Assembly (NCBI GenBank): GCA_964019335.1 | Contig: OZ025717.1 | Location: 310,001 to 374,000 of the forward strand | DNA length: 64,000 nt | Source: Diplonema japonicum | Lineage: Eukaryota > Protista > Euglenozoa: Diplonemea | Reading direction: 5' to 3' | Shown: positions 43,886 through 56,400 of the stretch, one piece after another | Layout of the letters: each line of letters begins with the position of its first letter | Position numbering within the stretch: the first letter of the stretch is position 1 | Notes under the pieces: generated by a model | What the model was told of the DNA's origin: nothing | Databases searched by the model: none | The model's input: only the letters and a program-made list of their open reading frames with translations | Translations under genes and position numbers: made by a program

Positions 43886-45118
43886 TCAAAAGAGCGCCTT
43901 GGATAGAGCAGCAAAAAACGACTGCTTTGGTGGGGGTTGCTGCTCGTTATCTTCTGAACGTTTTCTTTTTCTTACACACAAACCCTGGGGCTCTTCTATC
44001 TTGCTGCAGAGTCTCATGTAGGTGCTCTGCATCGTCTCCTTGAGTGTGGTAACGGTAGCGACCTCCCTCGTAAGGCCCACCACGTCTTGGGACAGGTCGT
44101 TCAGCCTTTGTGTGAGTTTTTCCCCTCTGGCGTCTATCTCCTCAAGCTTCTGTAGCTCTGTGGCTACGCTACTTCTCGTGCCCTCCTTGTCAGCAAGGAG
44201 TCGTCTTAGGGCATTCTCATAATTAGATATACGGTCTGTGAAAGCAACCATTATTGCCTCCGCTTTCTCGACCACTGCTGTTGCCTCGTTTCTTGCATCA
44301 GTTTCTTGTTTTGATTGCATCAGTTGGAGGATGTACTGTACATTCTGAACAAACTCCCCTGTGTTCGATTCGTGACGTTGCTGCGTCTCCACGAGTTCCG
44401 TCAGGCGTTCTAATGACTGGCGCGCACGGGGGCCGGCATAAAAAAACTGTTTGCCCCCCTGTGTAGCGTTCCACCCTTCCACCATGCCATCCAACACCCC
44501 TCCCTCAAGCATCTTCATGTATTTCAGATATTCCCGCAACAGTGCCTCGGTGGCCGTTGCTTTCCGGCTTCCTTTGGGAAGGGACTCCACCTCTTCGACT
44601 CTCTTTCTCACGTTCTTGTAATTTATGGTGATCTCGTTTGTTCTTGCAGTCCGCCGTTCTGCTTCTGCATCCATTGTTGCATTTGTCGATGCTAGTGCGC
44701 TTAAGGAATCTTCGACCACACACGCTGTTGCTGTTCCGGTGTCCGCGTTGATCTTCTCGCCGTTCTGCAAGAACTCCACCCACGAGACGCATTCTGTAAC
44801 GTAGTTCTGTCGTGGGGCCTTTAGCTGCTTCAGGGTTTCCTTGTACGGTTCCAGTTTGGCCCAGTCGCCTCGCAGCACGTGGTTCTCCGCACGGAGCTGC
44901 GCGATTTCTCCCTTGAGCCTCTCGTTCTCCTCCTTCAACCACTCGTTCAGCTTCTTCTCATTGGGCTCTTCTTTCTTCTCATTGGGCTCTTCCTTCTCTC
45001 CATTCATATACTTCACCACCGCGTCGGCGGTGCCGAACCTTCTGATCAGAAGGTCCTCCGTTTCAGGCGGGAGCTCCAAGCAAGGGATCCGCCTCGTGGG
45101 AGAGAGTTGCGCAGACAT
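43886..45118 (-). CDS. Hypothetical coiled-coil protein with a C-terminal NLS-like motif
   Basis: Long ORF, heptads, RKRKR; probable ATG at 45118. Confidence 0.7.
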   Translation of the reverse strand: MSAQLSPTRRIPCLELPPETEDLLIRRFGTADAVVKYMNGEKEEPNEKKEEPNEKKLNEWLKEENERLKGEIAQLRAENHVLRGDWAKLEPYKETLKQLKAPRQNYVTECVSWVEFLQNGEKINADTGTATACVVEDSLSALASTNATMDAEAERRTARTNEITINYKNVRKRVEEVESLPKGSRKATATEALLREYLKYMKMLEGGVLDGMVEGWNATQGGKQFFYAGPRARQSLERLTELVETQQRHESNTGEFVQNVQYILQLMQSKQETDARNEATAVVEKAEAIMVAFTDRISNYENALRRLLADKEGTRSSVATELQKLEEIDARGEKLTQRLNDLSQDVVGLTREVATVTTLKETMQSTYMRLCSKIEEPQGLCVRKRKRSEDNEQQPPPKQSFFAALSKALF

Positions 45119-45197
45119 CAAGAGCTGTGGGGGGGGTGGGGTGGGGGTGGGGAACAAAAATAATAAAAAAAGAATTTTTTTTTGAAACGTCGGAAAT

Positions 45198-46157
45198 CTA
45201 ACCAGTTTTTCGTTTCTTAAAAAAGCCTTTCAAAGTGCTCTGTTCCATGGCCCGCTTCCTGGGCTCTACTTTGGGTTTTAGTTGGACGGTGTTCGGATCG
45301 GGTTTTCGCTTCGTCAGCATCGTGCGTATGTCACGTTGGTTGAACACAGTAGCCATAGGAGGGACAAACTTTCTTTCGGACTGGTTCTTACGCCGGCGTC
45401 TGGGTTTGGCAGCGAACCACTTAGTGATGAGCTCTTGGCCAGGAGCAGGAATCACATCCCCTTCTAGGAACTTTCTCTCGATAGATGCAAGGGCGTTCTG
45501 GTACTCGGTGAAGACAGAGTCGAATGTCGTACCCTTCAGGAGGGAAGTGATGAGGGATAACTTGAAATGGTGGAGTTTATGAAAGCACAACGCGGCCTCT
45601 TTGCAACCAGGGCCGACAGGGAGAATACCGTCGGCAGGGACTACTGATGACCATTGTTTGAGTTTTCTCGCAATTTGACCTGTTTGGACTGCGTCGGTGG
45701 TGTTCCAGAAGGTAGTGGCGTTATATCGGATACCATAGAGGAAGAGAAGGTAGCTGGCTCTCCTTCCGCATGCGCTGCACTTCTCGTCTTCATTTGGTTC
45801 GAGTTTGCGCCCGACTTTTATTTCGGAGAATTCGTTGAGTTTTGCGGTGAAATTTTGGGACCACGTCACACCCTGGCACAGCACGTCTCTCCTTATCGCA
45901 ATTGAGGTTTCAATATCCCTTGTAGACCTGGCAAATTCTGCCTCGCCTCCAGCACCCCCAACGTGCTTCTGCAGCGTTGGAACAGTTTTGCAGAGAAACA
46001 TCAAATATTCTCGAAACCTCTTGTACTCAAAAACCTGTTCATTTTCTGATGTGTCGCTCTCAACTGACTCTTCTGAGATTGAAGAAGAAGAGGACACCGA
46101 CGATGACGAAGAAGACGTACTTGACGATGTTTCTGATGTATCTTCAGATTCGACCAT
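45198..46157 (-). CDS. DUF4211/CCDC82-like nuclear protein
   Basis: CSACGR...LYGIRYN...VGPGC...FHKLHHFK; Ser/acidic N-terminus; basic C-terminus. Confidence 0.7.
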   Translation of the reverse strand: MVESEDTSETSSSTSSSSSSVSSSSSISEESVESDTSENEQVFEYKRFREYLMFLCKTVPTLQKHVGGAGGEAEFARSTRDIETSIAIRRDVLCQGVTWSQNFTAKLNEFSEIKVGRKLEPNEDEKCSACGRRASYLLFLYGIRYNATTFWNTTDAVQTGQIARKLKQWSSVVPADGILPVGPGCKEAALCFHKLHHFKLSLITSLLKGTTFDSVFTEYQNALASIERKFLEGDVIPAPGQELITKWFAAKPRRRRKNQSERKFVPPMATVFNQRDIRTMLTKRKPDPNTVQLKPKVEPRKRAMEQSTLKGFFKKRKTG

Positions 46158-46863
46158 TTTCTCCCCGTTCTTGAGTTTTTTTTTTTTTTTTTTCGCTGGT
46201 AGAAATGAAAAGGCATAAAAAACTACTGTAAGCATATTACACATCGAGAGAAAAGGGGGGAAGAAAAAAAACAAATAAAAGAAGGGGGGGAGGGGTGTAT
46301 TTGTTCTTCTTCTTCTTTTTTTTTTGTAGTGTTATTTTTACCGGAATTGGACTTAATATGAAAACGGGAAAAGAAAAGGTAACATCTTTTTTTGTTTTTT
46401 TTGTTTTTCCCCGCTGTATTGTTCCATGTTTCCAAGTTAGTTTCGTATTTTTTTTTCCCGTAAGAAATTCCAAAATCGGTTTTCGAAAATCAAAAGAGTT
46501 CCGTAATTTTATCCTTCGTGCTTTCTAACATTCTCCGTTCCACTAAGTCCAAATACGGTTTGTTTTTAAAAAAATACTTTTGAGACAATAAAAAAAAAAT
46601 ATAAAATAAAAAAAAAATAAAATAAAAAAACTGTTCTCCATTGGGTAGACTGCCGATAAAAGTTGTTATTGTTATTGTTTTTCAAAAGCCTACACCTACA
46701 ACTAGAAATCAATAATCAGAGATGCAAGAAGAATAAAAAAAAAAGGACAATTTCTCGGCTTTTTTTTTTCTTCTTTCATTTCCCTTCCCCCGTTTTCCCT
46801 CTCCGAAACTGCATGAGGGACAAAGGGGGGATTTCTCGTTCATCCCCCTCCCCCGTCTTCTTT

Positions 46864-47178
46864 TTAACTGAACTTTCCGGTTCTGGGTGTCCTGGGTTTT
46901 TTTAAATTTTCAGTAGCAGCCGCTGAGAAGTCGGCCGGGTCCGTGCCGAAGCAGGGGCTGTCTGGAGTGAGAGGAGACAAAGGGAATGCTTGTAACCTAC
47001 CCCTTCCTGTGTAACCGGTAGTACCCAGTGTGGTGGAGGAGTCAGCCTCGGACAGAATATCACCAAAATCTTCCTCAGGCATCGCAATCGCCAATTCCTG
47101 AGCTGTGTACCTCCCGCCTCCTGGGATGCAACTTAGGTCTCTATTCACTTCTTCGCTTGAGGCATCCTTTCGATCCAT
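46864..47178 (-). CDS. Small hypothetical protein (104 aa)
   Basis: High-complexity open frame between homopolymer tracts, on the cluster strand. Confidence 0.5.
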   Translation of the reverse strand: MDRKDASSEEVNRDLSCIPGGGRYTAQELAIAMPEEDFGDILSEADSSTTLGTTGYTGRGRLQAFPLSPLTPDSPCFGTDPADFSAAATENLKKPRTPRTGKFS

Positions 47179-47248
47179 TCCTTCACCCACCCGCCTTTTT
47201 TTTTTTTTTTTTTTTTTTTTAATAGTGGTATCGTTTTCTTCTTTTTTT

Positions 47249-47286
<38 letters not shown>

Positions 47287-47562
47287 CCATTTTAACTTTT
47301 TAAAAAAAAGGGAAACCAAAAAAAAAAAAAAAAAGACGAGTTCGCCCAACTGGGGTACCCCGTCCCTTTTTTTTTTTTAAAAGGGTTGAATAAAAAAAAT
47401 AAAAGTGGGAGAGGGGTGGGTTTTAAAAAAATAAAAACTGGAAGAAAAAAAAAATAGATCTCTATAATAAAGAAAAAGAAAAAAAGAAAAGGCGTCCTTC
47501 TTATTATTATTTTTTTTTTTTCCGGAAGGAAAATGCTTTGACTCAAAAAATAGAGATCCCCC

Positions 47563-48141
47563 TTAGGTCCTGACGGTAACTGGGGGTTTAGGGTGGTAAA
47601 ACAGCATTCTGACCAGAGCAGCTACAACAACAGAGAGGATTATCACAAACACGACGAAAAGCATAATTTTTCTCAACCCGGAATTTTTGCGCCTTTTGCC
47701 ATGCGTCTCTTGCATAAATATGTTCGCCATGAGCTGCTGTGTGCAGTGCTCCCAGTAGGAAATTTTCTTCTGCAAAGCACACCTATCTTCTTTGCTGAGT
47801 GAAGATTTCTGCATCTCTGCTCGAATGGTCTCCTCCAATTCCAGAAGTTCACCGACTGCTTTTTGCAGTTCAGCGCTCAGCCCCTTCCTCCCTCTGACCG
47901 CCTTCACTAAATTCATCAGCTCCCCTGCCCCGAATCGCTGCTCCACGCTAGCTGCGTCCATTTTTGCCGCTCCTTCGCCTGCAGTCGAGTCACCTTCTAA
48001 CTCTTTCCTGAGCCTCTTATTCTCCTCCTTTGCCTTCACCAACTTCTGGAGCTTCAAATTTTCAGCCTCAACCGCTTCCAGCTCGCTCATCTCGTGTTCA
48101 CTTTCCTCCTTGGTGGTGCCTCGATTTCTCAACTCAGACAT
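47563..48141 (-). CDS. Coiled-coil tail-anchored membrane protein
   Basis: Coiled-coil body; single C-terminal TM IMLFVVFVIILSVVVAALV. Confidence 0.75.
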   Translation of the reverse strand: MSELRNRGTTKEESEHEMSELEAVEAENLKLQKLVKAKEENKRLRKELEGDSTAGEGAAKMDAASVEQRFGAGELMNLVKAVRGRKGLSAELQKAVGELLELEETIRAEMQKSSLSKEDRCALQKKISYWEHCTQQLMANIFMQETHGKRRKNSGLRKIMLFVVFVIILSVVVAALVRMLFYHPKPPVTVRT

Positions 48142-48617
48142 TTTCCCTTTTATTATTTTTTATTTTATTTTTTTTTATATTTCAGTGTGTTCACTCTATT
48201 TGTGTTTAGTACCATGTTAAAAAAAAAAAAAAAAAAATAGCATAACCAAAAAAGATGGGAAGGTGGCGAGGGAGCGGGGGGGGAACATCTTAACCCGTTC
48301 GTAAGAACGATTTTTTTCCCGTTTTTTTTTTTCTTTTTCTTCTTTCAAAAACTGCTTGAGAGGGAAATAGTAGAATAATAACGCTCCATATTCGCTAAGT
48401 GACCCACCAGAACCCGCATTTTGAAGAGCTAAAAAAATTTCTAATTGCTTTTTCTAGGGTTGGAATGGATTTATTTGCGTCCGGGGCCCAATGTTCGACA
48501 TATGGAATTTTTTTTTATAATAAAAAAATTTTTGGTGATTTGCCTTACTTTGTACTATACAAAATGAAGCAGCTCCGGTGGAAAAAACACGGCACAAGTG
48601 GGGTTCGAACCCTGATG

Positions 48618-48706
48618 AAAAGACCACTGCGTCGGGATTCGAACCCGCGACTCCTGGAACAAGGGGGCCTGACAGGTGAGCACGGTAACCACTCTACCAC
48701 ACAGGA
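48618..48706 (-). pseudogene. tRNA-Asp(GTC)-like degenerate Pol III cassette inside the TIR element
   Basis: TCCTGTG-TGGTAGAGTGG (A box)...CTGTCA...GGTTCGAATCC (B box)...TTTT; anticodon stem broken. Confidence 0.55.
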
Positions 48707-49884
48707 ATTCAAAACTCTGACCCCCCATCTTTACTCACGCATCCAGCTTAGTGGGTGGAGTAGGTTCCCTTCTTTTCACACCAGATATCCTCGTGATACA
48801 CACTCACGACGTGCCTCAGCCCATCAACACTGTGATGAAATAAACACAGAATAAGAGATGAGCTAAAGGAGGTTCCTGTTCTGGAACGTCCTTGTCTACT
48901 TATCTCTACTTATCTACCCCTTTCCCAGTTTTCGAAGTCTAGTACTAGTTATTGTGGTGACTGTCGTCTTCCTCGGTCTGTCGTACTACTTCAGCTTCGA
49001 GCTACTACTCAGGTGGTGTGCATGAGCGTTTCCTTCCGTTATCTGTTCCAGGGGTGCGTCGTGTACGTTCTGTTGTCGCTACTGTCTTTGCTGCTACTGC
49101 TGGTGCTGTTGCTGCTGTTACTGTTGTTGCTGCTGCGTTGGGGAGGTTGTCCATGTCCTCTGTTGTGCCTCGGGTGGCCCTCCTCTGCTTCCTCGGTCTT
49201 GTGCTTCTTGTACAAGATGAGGCTGGGGTGCCATCCTTTGTTTTTGCCTGCTTATACTTCCACTCCGTCTGCTCTGAGATCTCACTTCTTGCCCTCTTTG
49301 TGTAGTGGACCCGGTAGTGGAGCTCCTTGTGGCTGTACTCCGCTATCGCGATCCTGTCCATCTGGAGTCCTCGTTGTCTGAGGCTCTCTGCTGGCTGGAA
49401 GGGATTGCTTTGGTCTTTCCTTTCGAGTTGCCCGTGTGCTCTCAGGAGTAGGAAGTATTCTCCGGTCGTCGTCACTGCTTGTTTCATAGTCTCCGTTCCG
49501 TTTAGGCTGGTCATCAAACCAGGGCACGCGGGTCAAGGATCTTCCAACGCAAACGTGACCGGTGATCGGTGTAATATGCCATTTGGACTGCACGCTGCCC
49601 TGTGGTGGACGGCGTAGACGCGCATCTGTCTCTTCAACTATAAACTCCCCTATGGAACCCTCTTTGACCTTCTCGTCATCTCCACCCATTTGTATTTGGT
49701 GATTACGGCCGAAGTGCAGAGGACAGGACTGTTATGCTTACTGACTAACAACTAACAATCTTACAATGTTAAGAGCTGTCCTTCCCTCAAAACTGCACTT
49801 TTCTCAACTAGACTCCTACAAGCTTACGAAACGCTTTCGCGGAAATACCGGTTCAGGCTGCCGTTTCTCCCCTGTGGTGAGCCT

Positions 49885-49964
49885 AAAAAAAATCCGCTGG
49901 AGTGGGGCTTGAACCCGCTTCGCCTAGGTACAGGGCAAAGCCCCCCCAACTAGACTACTACACC
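49885..49964 (-). promoter_or_regulatory. Second tRNA-like Pol III cassette (A box, B box, T8)
   Basis: TAGTCTAGTTGG ... GGTTCAAGCCC ... TTTTTTTT. Confidence 0.5.
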
Positions 49965-50418
49965 TTCGAAAATATTTTCGGCTGAACTACTGGTCAGGGA
50001 AGATGCTGGCTTCTGGGATCGAACCCTGTTAACCATGTTTTTCAAAGGGAAAAGTGCCCAGTTGCAAAAGTTTGGCAAAAATGGCCAAAACTCAAAATGG
50101 TGACTTCCAAGGTCATTTTGGTTGGCCCCCAATATTTTTTTTTTGGAAAAATTTTTTTGGAACTTCCTTGGAACTCACCGTTCTTTCATGTTCGACATAT
50201 GGATTTTTTGAAAAAAAAAATTCAATGAACCTTTGGGCATTTTTGACATTTTTTCCCCTATGCCCCCTATAACCCCTTTGGGACATAGGGCGGGTCACTT
50301 AGCGAATATGGAGCGTAAAAAAAAAACTTTTTTTTTTTAAAAAAAAGGGGTTATAAAACTACTTTTTTTTTCTTTTTCTTTTTTTGGAGAGGTGCACGAA
50401 GTGTAAACCCCATTGTAC

Positions 50419-53400
50419 TCACTTTTTTGTGTCAATACACCCGACAAAAACGTGTTCCCCGGTGTGGTCCATTGTGTGGAAAACTCGTAATCTCGCGCTG
50501 AACACATCGCCAGACTTTGTCTCAGCCTCAATTATTACTCCATCGGGCGCTGTGACCTTGGAGTCCACCCCACCACGCGAAATGAAACTCTGAATGTAGG
50601 AATCGTGCTTCTCCGACACTTCGTCTGGCATCAATATTCTAACATTGCGGTTTTTAACATGGTCCTCCGCAAATCCGAAAAGCTGCTCAGCCGCCGTGTT
50701 GAAGTTTAAAATAACCCCTTTCCCGTTGATGGTTATCAGTGGTGATGGTGAAGCATGCCTTATGGCGTTACCAAGCTGTGCTAGCAAACTCAATTCTGTC
50801 AATTTTCTCATATCCTTAATGTACCCAACAAAAACATGGAAGGTATCTGTGATAATTTCTGATAAGGACAGTTCGACATCGAGGGTGCTTCCGTCTGACA
50901 GCATTGCGGTTACTTCTTTCGAAGTTCCAATAACACGTTTTATACCGTCTGAAAGATAACGTTGGATGTAACCATCATGGTTCACTGCCGTTTGCTCCGG
51001 CATTAGCATGTTCACATTGTTTCCAACAAGATTCGATTTTTCATGACCGAGTAAAGAACATGCTGCGATGTTAGCTGACTCAATAATCCCTGTTGTGTAG
51101 ATAACGATCATGGGGATAGCAACCAAATCATTCGACGCCGTGCTCAGCTTCTGTTCGTTTAACAAGCCTGCCTTATCAGTTGTGTCTCTTAGGTATCCCA
51201 TGAACATTTTTACATTTTGAACTTCAACTTCTCTGATGTGGATTTCCATGGCTAACATTCCACCGTCTTTTTTACGTGCGGGTTGTAAACTTACCCCATC
51301 GATGACTGTCTTCACACCTGTTTGTTTATATTTCGAAAGGTATCCATCATGCTGTTTAGCTGTCTTTTCGAACATCAACAGCTTAACATTGTTCCCAACA
51401 ATGTCGTCTGCAGAGTACCCAAAGGACCGCTCGGCTGACTTTGAAAATCGCTGGACAATGCCTACCTCGGTGATGGAAATGAAGGCCAGCGGGGAGTTTT
51501 GTACTACCTGGTTGTTGACTTCCATTGCTTTTTGCGTTTTGAACGTTTCCGTGAGATCTTTTAAGTACCCGAAATAGTTTAGCTCGCCGTCGACTGTAAC
51601 TTCTCTCAAATGTAGAACCAACGGAAATGTTTTGTCGTCCTTCCAGCCTTCTACTTGCTTTGAGGTTCCAACAACTCGTTTTACACGGGTTTTCTTGTAC
51701 CGCAGGAGGAACCCGTCATGCTTAGATCGGATGGATGGAGGTGTGATGAAATTCACGTTGGATCCTAAGGCATCTCTGGCGGGGGTGTTGAAGGTAACTT
51801 CGGCGGCTCTGTTCCACATGACGATTATGCCTTCTTGGTTTATCGAGATTATGGGCGCGTCAGCCATTTCTTTGATGGTGTTGCCCAACTGCATGTTGAT
51901 CTCCTCCTGGTACAGCATTGTGGCATCGCGGATGTTGGCTACATAGAACGATTCTTCAGGAGTGATGACCGCTTCGCGGACGGACACGTCGACCGGGACT
52001 AGTTGCCCGTTTTTACGTACTCCAGTGAGTCGCCGAGTTGAGTTTAAGATGGTTGGAACCTTTGTTTGTTTGTACCGTTTCAGGTACCCGTTGTGCTCGA
52101 CAGCAACTTCTTGTTGTTGGATTGTTTTGATGTTCTGACCCAGCATCTCTTTTTCCGTGTACCCGAACACTTCATCGCAATTCTTCCACATCGTTACAAT
52201 ACCCGCGTCTGTTATGGCGATGATCGGGGAGAACGACAGGGAAACAGTTGATTCAGCCAACGTTGCCATCGTTCGCTGTTCTATCTCCTTTTCCATGGGT
52301 CGTACAAAGGCGACGTATACGTTGCCTAAGCTGTTCTCGATCTCTTTCGGTTGCAGTTCGACAGGCTTCAAAACACCTTTTTTGTTCTTGATCTTCGTCA
52401 TGATCTTCTGGCCCAGAACCGTTTTCGTCCTTGTTTTTCTGTATTTCGCTAGATATTCGTCGTGTTTCACCGAGATGTCATCGGGCATGAATTCTCGTAT
52501 GTTTTGATTTTCCATCTCAGCTGCCGTATAGCCAAAAAGTTGCTCGCATACTGAATTCACAGCGGATATCTTACCATAAATATCCATCACTACGATGGGT
52601 TGAATGCTTCGTTGGAAGATAGCGTCTGCGACCTGCTTTGTGGAGAAATGTTTCACGTCGTCGGTGCAGTCTCTGATGTGCCCCACGAAAAGCGACACCC
52701 CGTTGGTGATCACCTCCTTAATGTGCAGCTCTGCCTGTATGATTTCACCGCCTTTCCGCATTCCTTGTGACGTGAACACTTTCCCGATCACTTTCTTAAC
52801 ACCGAGCTTGCGATACGCCCGAAGGAACCCGTCGTGCTGTGCAGCCACAGAAGGGGCCATGATGATGTTCACGTTCCTGTTGGGTGGTAAGGGCAGAGGG
52901 GGGGGATGTGCATACTTCCCGATAATTTCGTTCGAAGTGTATCCAAAGCACTTCGTCGACGCCTTGCTGAACTTGATTACGCTGCCCTTGTCGTCGATCG
53001 CCACCAATGGCGTGGCAGACAAGCTGGCAAGAGTGTCAGCTGCCATGTTTTCCGTCTCTCTTGCCACCATTGCGGTGATGTCCCGCATGAACCCTACATA
53101 CATCGGTTCCTGACAAAATAGTGTCATCCCCCTCCCCGAATCGTTGCATACCATCCCCTCGAGGTTAATTTCCTCTACCATGAGCTCGATTTGGATTGTC
53201 TTCTGCTCTTTCGTCACCATCTTCAAACGGTTCTTCTTTCCGATGACCTGTCAACAAAGTTGTAAGAATTCTTCTTATTTTTTTTAAATCTATACGTTTC
53301 CGACCCCTGTCTTTCTATAGTTCGCGAGAAGTTCATCGTGGCGAATAGCAATCTTGTCAGGCATGAGTAGCTGTAGTGTAAAGTGCGTTGTGTGGAGAAA

Positions 53401-56400
53401 CACACCTTGACGTTGTGATCCTCCAGCTCTTTGCTGCTGTACCCTGCAAGCTCTTGGAGTCTCAAGTTCGTCTCGAGAATCGTCCCGAACGAATCAATCT
53501 TGATGATAGAATCGAGGGACTCCTTGAACACCACTGCCGATAAGAACTTGTTCTTTTCAATCTCATCCACCTGAGTAAGGTCCTGAATATAACCCACGTA
53601 AGTCCTGGTGTCCTCAAAGATGATCTCCTTCACCCACAGCTCCAACGGGAAAAGTGTATCATCCTTTCTCTTTCCCTGCACCACTCTCTTGGTGTCGACG
53701 ACAGTTTTAATGCCTGTCTTCAGATACTTCGCAAGGTAAGAGTCGTGGTGCATAGCATGGTTCTTCGGCATCAACATTTTTACGTTCTTTTGAAGAACCT
53801 CCGCCTCGGAGTACCCCCACACCTCAGAGGCTGCGCGAGAGAATGTGGCAACGGTGCCTGTCTGTGACATGGTGATGATAGGATTCAAGGACATGTGACT
53901 TATGTGTGAATTGGCTATCTTCAACCAGTCCCTGGCACACTCATCTTCGATGTCGTTAATGTATGCCAAAAAGGAGCTCTTACCTGATATGGATGATACG
54001 AATTCATCGATTTTGAGTCGTACCGCGAAGAGTGACCCGTCATTACGCTTTGCGGTGGTCGCAAAAATGGTTCCAATCAGGTGTTTCACCTTCGACTTTT
54101 TGTAATTCGAAAGAAAGCCATCGTGCTTCGCAGCCACCTCCGGCGGTGTCAGCATGCTGACATTCCTCCCGATGATGCTTGCTCTGGGGTATTGGAAGGC
54201 AGACATCGCTGCCTCGTTGTAAATGCCAACAATACCCTCTTCGTCGATCTTGATAATGGGGATAGGTGCGTCTTCTACAAGCTGTACATTGGTACCGTGA
54301 ACAAGTTTCGATTCACGGTAGTCAGACAGGTCCCGCATGAATGCTACGTACACCCTTGAATTCTGTAACATCACTTCTCGAACCTCGACAGACAGGTGTA
54401 CAGGTTGCCCTGACGGCTTGTGAGCCACCACGTGTCTTGTCTGGTCAATGAATGTTCGCTTTCCTGACACAAGATACGCCTCCAAGTACCCATCGTGCAA
54501 TGGGGCAATTTCCGGCGGCATAAACATATTCACATTCTTCCCCAGAACCGATTCATGCGGGGCTTCGAAAAGTGCTTCCGCACACTTTGAATACACAAGA
54601 ACCTCACCCACCTCTGAGATGCTCACAATGGGTATAGGGCTGAGGTCCGATATCATAGTGTGCACCAAGTGCTGATATCCCTCGGCCAAGTCCGTCGTTC
54701 TGTCGCGAACGTAGCCCAGGAATAGCGAACTGGAGCCCAAGTCGTTTAACTTGATCTCCTTGATCGAGAGAACCAACGAGAAGATCTGCCCGTTCTTACG
54801 CTGTCCCTCTGCTATCCTGTCCGTGTTGATGACCTTCTTGATGCCAGACTTGATGTAAGAAGCAATGTACCCATCATGGTGCTTCGCGATTTCCTCTGGC
54901 ATCAGGATAGAGACGTTTTGTCCTGAAGCTTCTTCTTCAGTGAAGCCGAAGCACAGTTCAGCAGCTTTGTTGAATCCTGTGATGGTGGCGAGTGTATCAA
55001 CAGAGATCAGTGGGACGTTTGATGTTTGTCTGATGGCTTCGTTGAGTTTCATAGCCATTTCTAGATCCAAGGACTTGGTCAAGTCCTGAATGGTTGCAAT
55101 GTATGTGGGGTCTTCACCAGGGGGGCGGTGCTCGCGTACGGTAATCTCCAAAGGGAATCGTGTACCGTTCTTGCGGTAGCCTTCCACCCTGCGAACGGCC
55201 CCAATGACCTTTCTCACACCGGTTCTGAGATATGTCTCCAACCATGTGGAGTGATTTTCAGCGTACTCAGGCGGCATTAGCATTTTGATGTTTGCACCGA
55301 TAACTTCTGACTGCTGCCAGCCGAAAACATCTTCGCCTTTCCACGTGAAGCGGATGATGGTGCCGACATGGTCGATGGCCACGATGGGGATGTTTGAGAT
55401 TTCGTTGACGGAGTCGTTGACGAGCTCCATGAGGTCTGTGTCGCGCATCTGCCCGTTGTCAAGGAACTCTTGGATGATGGGCACCTGCACGCGGACTTCT
55501 TCAGGTATCATCTTCAGCATCAGCTTTGTGCCCTTTTCTTCATTCACAAGCTCCGATATCACAGGACGGAACACCGCAACGAGCTGCACCACAACAACCA
55601 ATATAATGAGGACCAGTCCAAGAATGAAGAACACATACCACTGCCGCACCGACGATTTTGCCTCATCGTGATAATTACTAGTCGATTGCTCCAGACCGAA
55701 GAGAACCACGTCTGTGCTCCCCCGCAGGCTGTTCAGCTGCGTCTGCAGCGCGCCAGAACTGTCCAGATCTAGCATCTCTCGTGCGGTCTCCGCCCAGTAG
55801 CTCATCGCGATGTCCACTCCCTTTGACAAAATCGCCTGTGAGCTGTACTGCTCTGCTGTCACAATGCACGATGGGACTTGAAAACTAGATCCTTCTTCAA
55901 AGAGCTCCCCTGGTTTCGTCAGTAGATTCAACGACCCGGAGGTTCTGTCCTCTCCGAAATAAAGTGTCGTTCGTATGTCCTCTAGTTTGTCTAGCTTCGT
56001 CTGCAGTTCATTCTTGGCAGCCCACTGTCCTCCAACTGTCGAGTACGCCAGTTTTGTGGCGGTAATCTGTGCCGTCGCAACAGCGTACTCACGTCCAGAA
56101 GTGTGCACTAAGGTTTTCGCCGTGTTGTTGAAATCATGCAACGAGTAGATCTGCAGGCTGAACAGCCCACAGAAAAGAGCGGCAAGAAAGCCAAGACAAA
56201 TCTGTGTTTTTGTTGAGGAGCCAGTACCTTGGCTATCGTTCTTGTTCGAAAACTGTCGGGAGGAATTTAATATAGTCAGCATTAAAAGCACCAAGTACCA
56301 GACAGCAGTGAAGAGGACTGAAGTAGTTAAGCCTAAATTGATTAATATGAGGGCCTCGTATTGTGATTTTGAAGAAGCAATCTCATCGTCGAAGAAGGCG

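Larger units (their letters stand above)
48382..50315. mobile_element. Non-autonomous TIR DNA transposon (1934 bp)
   Basis: Perfect 24-bp TIR CGCTCCATATTCGCTAAGTGACCC (48382-48405 / 50292-50315); TAA on both flanks; 16-bp subterminal direct repeat ATGTTCGACATATGGA (48491, 50188); no transposase ORF seen. Confidence 0.85.

Noticed and set aside
48601-48650. CTGATGA hammerhead-like core
   Set aside because: No stem II followed by GAAA and no compatible stems I/III
48624-48706. Functional tRNA-Asp gene
   Set aside because: Anticodon stem cannot form and the acceptor stem is mismatched; kept as a tRNA-like cassette
53223-53226. Apparent overlap or programmed frameshift between the 2502-aa and 935-aa ORFs
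   Set aside because: Fully explained by GT-AG introns 53371-53405 and 53248-53295
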